Source: Nitrospirota bacterium
Lineage (GTDB): Bacteria; Nitrospirota; UBA9217
Length of the DNA stretch: 64,000 nucleotides
Assembly: GCA_963751455.1 (NCBI GenBank)
Contig: CAVVUN010000002.1
Coordinates: forward strand, 512,001-576,000
Direction of reading: 5' to 3'
Under the pieces are notes generated by a model. That model was not told the origin of the DNA. It did not search any database and saw nothing but the letters and a program-made list of their open reading frames with translations. Positions 57,305-64,000 of this stretch are shown in pieces. The position numbers and the translations under genes are program-made. Numbering within the stretch: the first letter of the stretch is position 1; each line of letters opens with the position of its first letter.

Positions 57305-59200
57305 TTGGCAACGACCTATACGGCAAAAGACATTACCGTACTGGAAGGGCTTGAACCGGTCCGTAAGCGGCCGGCCATGTACATCGGGTCCACCGACGCT
57401 CGAGGACTGCACCATCTTGTCTGGGAAACACTGGACAACGCGGTGGATGAGGCGCTCAACGGATACTGTACGGCCATCACGCTCACCCTTGAAAAGGACG
57501 GGGGAGTGACGGTCGTGGACAATGGCCGCGGCATACCGGTAGACATCCATCCGAAAACCAAGCGTCCGGCTATTGAGACGATCCTGTGCACGCTCCATGC
57601 CGGCGGAAAGTTCGACCATACGGCCTATAAATCCTCGGGCGGTCTTCACGGGGTCGGGGCCTCCGTCGTAAATGCGCTCGCGGAACTGTTCATCGCCACG
57701 GTGTGGAGGGACGGGTACGAATGGATCCAGGAGTTCTCGCGCGGCAAGCCGAAAGGAGCGCTCAAAAAAGGGAAACCGACAAAGGCCCACGGCACCCGTA
57801 TCTACTTCCGTCCCGATCCCGACGTCTTCTCCAAGAGCCACTTCAACTACAAGACCATCCTCGAAGTTGCCGAGAGCAAGGCCTTCCTGAACAAGGGGCT
57901 CAAAATCACGATCGAAAACACGCGGGATGGAGAAAAGCCCGTTGCCTTCAAATACGAGAACGGAATCCAGGACTATATCAAGAGGATCGTCCAGGGAACG
58001 ACCGTCGTCAACACCGATGCCTTCTATTATGAAAAGGAAGACGATTTCAAGATCGAATGCGCGATTCATTGGACCATTGCGACCGATATGGAAATACACT
58101 CATACGCCAATTCGATCAATACCTCGGACGGCGGCACCCATGAACTGGCGGTGCGATCAGGACTTACCAAAGCGGTGCGTGCATATGCCGAGCGCAAGAA
58201 CCTTATTCCAAAAAACCTGAAAACGATCGCGCCCGAGGATGTGTACGAGGGACTTTACGGGATCGTAAGCGTGCTCATCAAGAACCCGCAGTTCCAGGGT
58301 CAGACCAAGGAGAAGCTGAACAATCCGGAGATTTCCTCGCCGATCGAAAGCTCGATCAAAAACGCCTGCGAGGCGTATATGCTGGCGAACCCTACCATGG
58401 CGGACGCAATCGTCAGGCGCGTCCTCCTTGCGACGGAAGCGCGACTGGCGTCGCGTGCGGCGAAAGATAATGTGACCAGAAAGCTGTCGTCTCTGAAACT
58501 GAATCTGCCGGGAAAGCTCGCGGATTGTTCATCCAATAAAATAGAAGAGACTGAGCTTTTCATCGTGGAAGGCGATTCTGCAGGAGGGTCCGCGAAGATG
58601 GCAAGGGACCGCAAAACGCAGGCGGTGCTTTCGCTTCGCGGCAAGATACTCAATGTAGAGCAGGTCGCTTCGCTCGAAAGGATCCAGCAGAACACCGAAA
58701 TCAAGAACCTGCTCGCCACGCTCGGCTGCGGGGTCGGAGCTCACTTTGATCTCAATAAGCTGCGGTACCAGCGGGTAATTCTCATGACCGACGCGGATGT
58801 CGACGGGGCCCATATCAGCGTGCTGCTGCTTACCTTCATCTACCGGCATATGCCGGACCTTATAACCCACGGCCACGTGCACCTCGCCATGCCGCCGCTG
58901 TACAAAATCGAGGCGGGAAAAGAAGTCTTCTATGCCATGGACGAGATGGAAAAAGAGAAGGTGCTCGCAAAACTGAACGGCAGGAAGGTAGAAGTTGGAC
59001 GATTTAAAGGTCTAGGTGAAATGAATCCCGAGACGCTGAAGGAAACTACGATGAACCCGAAGACAAGGTCGCTCATGAAGGTGCAGGTCGTGGATCACAA
59101 GGCCACAGGCGACGTTTTTGAGCGGCTCATGGGCAAGGATCCGAAAGCACGGTTCATATTCATAAAAGAACGCGCTGAATTTGCAGAATTAGATATTTAA
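57305..59200 (+). CDS. Type IIA DNA topoisomerase subunit B (ParE/GyrB-like)
   Basis: LEGLEPVRKRPAMYIG, GGLHGVG, VEGDSAGG, LRGKILN, TDADVDG, RFKGLGEM; 631 aa. Confidence 0.93.
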   Translation: MATTYTAKDITVLEGLEPVRKRPAMYIGSTDARGLHHLVWETLDNAVDEALNGYCTAITLTLEKDGGVTVVDNGRGIPVDIHPKTKRPAIETILCTLHAGGKFDHTAYKSSGGLHGVGASVVNALAELFIATVWRDGYEWIQEFSRGKPKGALKKGKPTKAHGTRIYFRPDPDVFSKSHFNYKTILEVAESKAFLNKGLKITIENTRDGEKPVAFKYENGIQDYIKRIVQGTTVVNTDAFYYEKEDDFKIECAIHWTIATDMEIHSYANSINTSDGGTHELAVRSGLTKAVRAYAERKNLIPKNLKTIAPEDVYEGLYGIVSVLIKNPQFQGQTKEKLNNPEISSPIESSIKNACEAYMLANPTMADAIVRRVLLATEARLASRAAKDNVTRKLSSLKLNLPGKLADCSSNKIEETELFIVEGDSAGGSAKMARDRKTQAVLSLRGKILNVEQVASLERIQQNTEIKNLLATLGCGVGAHFDLNKLRYQRVILMTDADVDGAHISVLLLTFIYRHMPDLITHGHVHLAMPPLYKIEAGKEVFYAMDEMEKEKVLAKLNGRKVEVGRFKGLGEMNPETLKETTMNPKTRSLMKVQVVDHKATGDVFERLMGKDPKARFIFIKERAEFAELDI

Positions 59201-59245
59201 GCTAAAAAGCCGCCGCTATATAAAGGTACTGACTAATCGAATTAA

Positions 59246-59351
59246 TTGGGTAATTTATTGCCCAAAATAAGTGTTAAACCCCACATTTATTCGATACATG
59301 CCTATATAATCTTTAAAAAATCAATGAGTTAATTTTTGGCATAAATAATGC
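59246..59351 (+). promoter_or_regulatory. sigma54-type promoter with IHF site and upstream activator palindrome
   Basis: TTGGGTAAT-TT-ATTGCCCAA (59246-59265), AATCAATGAGTTA matching WATCAANNNNTTR (59319-59331), GG-N10-GC in TGGCATAAATAATGC (59337-59351). Confidence 0.6.
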
Positions 59352-59683
59352 TTATTAAGTATTATTAATACTTTTTTTAATAGTAAAGTCGCTTTTAAAG
59401 TGGTAATATTCACTTGACTTTACTGATAAAATGGTTGTATGATTTGTTTAACAATAAAAAATAGTAAATCAAAAAAAATTAGGTAAAAAGGCGCAGCGAC
59501 GTATCCGGAAATCGAAATGCAATGGTAATTCAGAAAGGAGGCTGACTATAGGAGACGCAAACTTATAAGGCAGAAAAAAATCTGCTTCAGATTTTAAAAA
59601 ATGCTAGCTAATTTTTTTTATCAAGCCTGGCCAAATATGCCTGGCCGGGAGTAAATCCCGGAGGCAAAAAGGAGGAAATGGAA

Positions 59684-60175
59684 ATGAAGAAGAATATATT
59701 TTTAGTAATGGCGGCAATGACCCTGGTTATTGCCATGGCGGCGGGCGCGTATGCTGTAACAGTAACACAGGGTGTCAATGCAACTGCTACAGTTGTAGCG
59801 ACTTGTGAATTTACCGCAGGGGGACCATTAGCTTTCGGTAACGTTGATGACGGTACAAGTGCCCAAGGACCTATAGACACTGCTAATGATGGCGGGCTGC
59901 TACTTACGTGTACCCTGAATTCTGGTCCTTATGATTTATACCACGACGGCGCCAACGACGTGGCTTTACATGGCCAAAAGCGCCTTACTGATGGGACAAA
60001 CTACATCAATTATGAACTCCGGGACGGAGCGGCTGCTCTAGCAAACCCGCTATCTGTCACTGGTAACGGCGCAACTGATATTTTGAGTTTCATAGCAAGA
60101 ATCCCCACAAACGCAGTAAATGAAACACCTGCAGGCGCCTACTCGGATACTATTACGTTCACAATTGCCTATTAG
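59684..60175 (+). CDS. Csu/SCPU-type fimbrial subunit (probable major pilin)
   Basis: Signal peptide, ATATVVATC...LAFG...TC...AGAYSDTITFTIAY. Confidence 0.85.
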   Translation: MKKNIFLVMAAMTLVIAMAAGAYAVTVTQGVNATATVVATCEFTAGGPLAFGNVDDGTSAQGPIDTANDGGLLLTCTLNSGPYDLYHDGANDVALHGQKRLTDGTNYINYELRDGAAALANPLSVTGNGATDILSFIARIPTNAVNETPAGAYSDTITFTIAY

Positions 60176-60239
60176 CGCAGTTTATGATCATACAGATATA
60201 ATCTTTTAGTAAATCCGCCGTATTTGGAGGCGGTAAATT

Positions 60240-60707
60240 ATGAAGAGAATAGAATTAGTTGTTGTGGCTGCAATCGTAATTACCGTGGCCGCGGCCGGTG
60301 CGGCACATGCGGCGTCGTTGACACCGGCCGTGACCGCAACGGGAACGGTCGCGAGCACGTGCGCTTCGGCGGTCGGCGGAAACATTACCTTTCCCATAGA
60401 TCCGTCCTTGGCGGGGCCGATAACTTCTCAAACCACGGATGCGGGCAACGCTTCGCCGACGGTAAAGTGCACCAATGGGCAGGTCTATGCTGTATCATGC
60501 ACGTCGAGCGGAATATTAACGGTCGCTGATGACGGTGTTACCGATCCCATTAATTATTCGATCACCGGTTGCCCGGTGAATATCACCGGACAGGGGTTCG
60601 GGACGGCAACGGCGATAGATTTCGGTCTCTCACTTGCGGCGGTGGATTATCAGAATGCGCAAGTCGGCGCGCATTCCGACATTATAACGATAACCATCAC
60701 CTATTGA
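60240..60707 (+). CDS. Csu/SCPU-type fimbrial subunit
   Basis: Signal peptide ending AHA, paired Cys, GAHSDIITITITY terminus. Confidence 0.8.
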   Translation: MKRIELVVVAAIVITVAAAGAAHAASLTPAVTATGTVASTCASAVGGNITFPIDPSLAGPITSQTTDAGNASPTVKCTNGQVYAVSCTSSGILTVADDGVTDPINYSITGCPVNITGQGFGTATAIDFGLSLAAVDYQNAQVGAHSDIITITITY

Positions 60708-60760
60708 GAGTTACTCGTCAAGGACCGACGCTGTCTTAACCTGAAAGCAGGGTGGCATGC

Positions 60761-61288
60761 ATGAAAAAAGTTTTATTCCTGGCTGCGGGGCTCGTCAGCG
60801 TCATCGCGGGAACAGCATCGGCGTCGACCCCATCGGGTTTTGCGTCAACGACCATAGCGTTAAGCGCCGAGGTCAGCAATGCGTGTCAGGAAGTTCAACA
60901 AGGCGCGTTTCCCAACCCGATCGTCATCGACCCGCAAACTGTGAACGATCAGACCGTTTCGCCGACCGCTGATGAGCAGGTGAGATGCACGAACGGCACG
61001 ATTTTTACGATCAAAGTGTCAAGCGGAAATGGATCTGCGGTAAATCAGACCTGCACCTCGGGCGGAATTAGCACCATGGCCCTTAAGTCCGCCAGGTCGC
61101 CGGCGGACGCAATACCCTATGTTTTTTTGTGCGCCGGCGACACCGACGGTTCAGGCCACTTTGTCGGGGCTGGTTTCAATACTCCCCGGTCCGTAGGCAT
61201 CAGCGTCAAGATATTGGCTGTATACGCTCAAAACGCGGTTGCGCACGCTGATTATTCGGACACCGTAACGCTGACGATTACTTACTAG
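60761..61288 (+). CDS. Csu/SCPU-type fimbrial subunit
   Basis: Signal peptide, V.NAC...VRCTNG...YSDTVTLTITY. Confidence 0.8.
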   Translation: MKKVLFLAAGLVSVIAGTASASTPSGFASTTIALSAEVSNACQEVQQGAFPNPIVIDPQTVNDQTVSPTADEQVRCTNGTIFTIKVSSGNGSAVNQTCTSGGISTMALKSARSPADAIPYVFLCAGDTDGSGHFVGAGFNTPRSVGISVKILAVYAQNAVAHADYSDTVTLTITY

Positions 61289-61496
61289 AGTTCAATTAAC
61301 CACCCCTGGATTTTTTAAGCCTGCGCACCGGCCTCTCCCCGTAAGGGGAAAGGGGCATGTTGAGAAAAAGTATATCTTCGAACGCGGCCTTGTCACCTGC
61401 CCGTTGCACAATATGTTTGCTTAAGGCTGCGTTTTTTATTATAATGAGGCTGCAGATGTGGCGACGTTGCTTTCCATAATGAACTGTACATGACTG

Positions 61497-62648
61497 ATGA
61501 AAACAAGTATGCATACACGTCATGTTAAAGCAGGTCTTATCGTATGGGTCTGGTTGTTCATCATAACCGGTCTGTCAAACGTCGCCTATGCCGCGCCGAA
61601 GCTGAAATTATCACCGAATAACATCGCGAACGGAGCGTTGAATGCTCCCTATTTAGAGACCCTGACCGGAGCAAACGGATCGACACCGTACTTCTGGTCC
61701 ATATCAGCGGGCAGCCTTCCTCCCGGGCTTATGCTCACTCCGGCAGCGTCTCCGTCATTAACGGCAACAATATCAGGCACGCCGACCCAGACGGGAACGT
61801 TTAATTTTACCGTGCTGCTTACGGACAGCACTCCGGACAGCGACAGCGTAGCTTATACGGTGACCATCACATCGGCAGATTGCTATTTTAACGGATCGAG
61901 CACAGGCAGCATTTCATTCAATAATATCGATCCGTCCACGCCGGGCTCAATAAGCGGGACAGTTACACAGCAGATCAATTTTATCTGTAAAAATAACTTC
62001 CCCTATACTGTCACAGCGAATCCGGCGAGCGGCTGGACGCTGGTTTCCGGGGTAAATGCCATTCCCTACACAATGGGTTTTATAGCGAGCGGCACCGGCA
62101 CGGGCGGAGCCACGGCCCTGCTTACGACCACCACTCAAATTATCCAGGCCGATTATGAGAGCGCGCGGGCAGGCCTCTACTCAAACGCGCAACCAATAAC
62201 GTTTACCATCAGTTGGACAGGCGGGGGCGGTGGTTCTATCATTGCATCTTTGCCGGCGGGCAGTGTGAGCGGCAGTCTGATCAACACATGTACTTCACCG
62301 GTGAACGGGACGATTACGTTCAATATCGATCCGTCGTCAGCAGGGCCTATCACGGCTGCAACAACGGATGCGGGAAATACGGCGCCAACTGTAAAGTGTA
62401 CAAACAGCTACTCTCCGGGCGTATCCTGCACGTCCGGCAACGGTTATACGCTGACGATCGGGAACGACGGCGTGACCGATCCCATCGCCTATACGATAAC
62501 CGGCTGTCCTGCCGGCATTACCGGCCAGGGCTTCGCGATAGGCACGACGACGCCGATCAATTTCGGCCTCTCGCTCGCGCAGGCATATTATCAGAATGCA
62601 AAGGTCGGAGCGCATACTGACACGATTACCGTGACCGTTACATATTGA
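61497..62648 (+). CDS. Probable tip adhesin: putative Ig (He_PIG-like) domain + two SCPU-like domains
   Basis: PYFWSISAGSLPPGL.L...ISGTPTQTGTFNFTV..TDS followed by two Cys-paired pilin-like domains. Confidence 0.75.
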   Translation: MKTSMHTRHVKAGLIVWVWLFIITGLSNVAYAAPKLKLSPNNIANGALNAPYLETLTGANGSTPYFWSISAGSLPPGLMLTPAASPSLTATISGTPTQTGTFNFTVLLTDSTPDSDSVAYTVTITSADCYFNGSSTGSISFNNIDPSTPGSISGTVTQQINFICKNNFPYTVTANPASGWTLVSGVNAIPYTMGFIASGTGTGGATALLTTTTQIIQADYESARAGLYSNAQPITFTISWTGGGGGSIIASLPAGSVSGSLINTCTSPVNGTITFNIDPSSAGPITAATTDAGNTAPTVKCTNSYSPGVSCTSGNGYTLTIGNDGVTDPIAYTITGCPAGITGQGFAIGTTTPINFGLSLAQAYYQNAKVGAHTDTITVTVTY

Positions 62649-62706
62649 TTCAGCATCAATCCGAACGATTTCGCTTTGCCTAATTCCGTTAGAGGGGGGG
62701 GATTTC

Positions 62707-63510
62707 ATGACCGGAACTTCCTATCAGAAGAGGAAATTTAGCAGCTTGACAGAAGCCCTGCCGCGAATTTTCGCACTTACGGCATTACTTTGGTTTAGCC
62801 AGGCGCACGCTGCGGACTTTCAAGTGCAGCCAACGACACTGGAACTGGGAGGGAGCGTCAAGAGCGGCGCCTTTTCCGTGATCAACAACGGGAAAGACAG
62901 CATTAATTTTCAGATCGCGGTCAAGGCCTGGACCCAGGATGCGAACGGGAAAGACGTATACGAGGATACAAAAGACATCGTGTTCTTCCCGAAGATTATG
63001 ACCGTTGCGGGCAATGAACAAAGGGCTATAAGAATCGGCGTAAAGACGCCTCCCTCACAAAAGGAGAAGACCTACCGGTTGTTCGTGGAGGAAATACCGG
63101 CGCCAAAAAAACAAGCGACTTTGGCGGAGGGGAAGATCAACGCGGGAATCACCATAGCGTTCAGGTTTGCCACTCCCATATTCATTAGACCCTTAAAGGA
63201 AGACAAGGGGGTTGTTGTAGACAAAATTGACATGTCCAAAGGCGTGGTCACGGCCAGGGTCAAGAATACAGGCACTGTACATGTAAAACTGCAAAATGTG
63301 ACCTTTACCGGAAAAGCGGCTGACGGCAAGGAGTTGTTCTCGAAGGAGGTCGCGGGTTGGTATATTCTCAACGGTATGGCTGTCCCGTATGAAACACCGG
63401 TTCCCAAGGAAGTATGTGAAAGCCTGACGACAATCGAGGTCCGGGCCAAAGCGGAAAAACTTAACATTACCGGGAACATGAATGTTCAAAAGAAGATGTG
63501 CGCTCAATAA
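62707..63510 (+). CDS. Fimbrial chaperone (PapD/CsuC-like)
   Basis: Signal peptide, FQVQP, W.Q...G.D, FP......Q..IRIG, EKTYRLFVEEIP, NTGTVH. Confidence 0.88.
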   Translation: MTGTSYQKRKFSSLTEALPRIFALTALLWFSQAHAADFQVQPTTLELGGSVKSGAFSVINNGKDSINFQIAVKAWTQDANGKDVYEDTKDIVFFPKIMTVAGNEQRAIRIGVKTPPSQKEKTYRLFVEEIPAPKKQATLAEGKINAGITIAFRFATPIFIRPLKEDKGVVVDKIDMSKGVVTARVKNTGTVHVKLQNVTFTGKAADGKELFSKEVAGWYILNGMAVPYETPVPKEVCESLTTIEVRAKAEKLNITGNMNVQKKMCAQ

Positions 63511-64000
63511 GGGGAGTGCGCCTATTTCGGCCAATACCCAAGGAGGGTCGTTTCGAGAAAAGATATTTTATTTTATTGGTCCCCTTATTCTGATGTGTCA
63601 ATTATTCTCTGTTTCCCACCCCCTGGCCGGGGAACGCGTCCCTACCGCGTCCGATAAACCCGACGCAGGGTCGTTCGAAACGCGCGTTGCTTCAGACTCT
63701 CTGCCCTTATACCCACGGAAGACTGATCAAATCATTGTGAATATTACCGTCAACCTCGAATCCAGAGGCGATTTCTTTGTGGAATTCGACGACGAGCCGA
63801 ATCTTCTCCTCAGAACAGAGGACCTCGACACGCTCATGCTTAAATATGATGAGCTTCGCGCGGTCCTTATTAACGAGGAGCGGCACATCCCGCTCAGCGC
63901 GGTTCAGGATGTCAAATCCTCCTTCGATCAGCAAAAACTCATCCTAGGCTTCATCGGGAAAACCACGCAATCCGAGAAGACCTTTGCCGAGATATTTCCG
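63482..64000 (+). CDS. Probable fimbrial outer-membrane usher, N-terminal part (runs off the right edge)
   Basis: Frame open from ATG 63482 to the edge with signal-like KIFYFIGPLILMCQLFSVSHPLA and IIVNITVNLESRGDFFV; follows the chaperone. Confidence 0.65.
   Translation, partial: MFKRRCALNKGSAPISANTQGGSFREKIFYFIGPLILMCQLFSVSHPLAGERVPTASDKPDAGSFETRVASDSLPLYPRKTDQIIVNITVNLESRGDFFVEFDDEPNLLLRTEDLDTLMLKYDELRAVLINEERHIPLSAVQDVKSSFDQQKLILGFIGKTTQSEKTFAEIFP

Noticed and set aside
59545-59590. c-di-GMP-I riboswitch before the pilin (GACGCAAA)
   Set aside because: No preceding GGCAAA + GNRA-capped stem; an isolated word match.

Overview
Bacterial chromosomal window; gene content and order suggest a Nitrospirota/Desulfobacterota-like organism (inference only). 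It starts with the housekeeping block dprA-smg-topA-xerC-hslV-hslU on the minus strand. A long accessory region follows, rich in c-di-GMP signalling genes (two GGDEF cyclases, a hybrid kinase, REC-HD-GYP, a frameshifted REC-PilZ, an MshEN-repeat protein), stress genes (nth, htpG, msrAB, hemerythrin) and a glucosylglycerate-type compatible-solute cluster. The window ends with an orphan type IIA topoisomerase B subunit and the start of a Csu/SCPU chaperone-usher pilus operon behind a sigma54-type promoter. The most striking element is an intact 2964-bp IS1-family cargo transposon (12235-15198; 18/19-bp terminal IRs, 8-bp target duplication). It carries a tRNA-shaped RNA with an Arg-type body and a non-standard ACT anticodon. 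Its anticodon arm is complementary to an upstream mini-ORF (strong SD, ATG-AGA-AGA-AGA, ending in a 13-bp hairpin). A GIY-YIG gene follows, and an antisense consensus promoter points back across the RNA. This may be an undescribed tRNA-derived antisense or RNA toxin-antitoxin module. Other notable items are a ~350-nt structured intergenic RNA candidate upstream of an FRG gene, an MshEN x3 + internal signal peptide + pilin-like fusion, and MITEs with target duplications. All product calls come from motif recognition by eye; no database searches were run.
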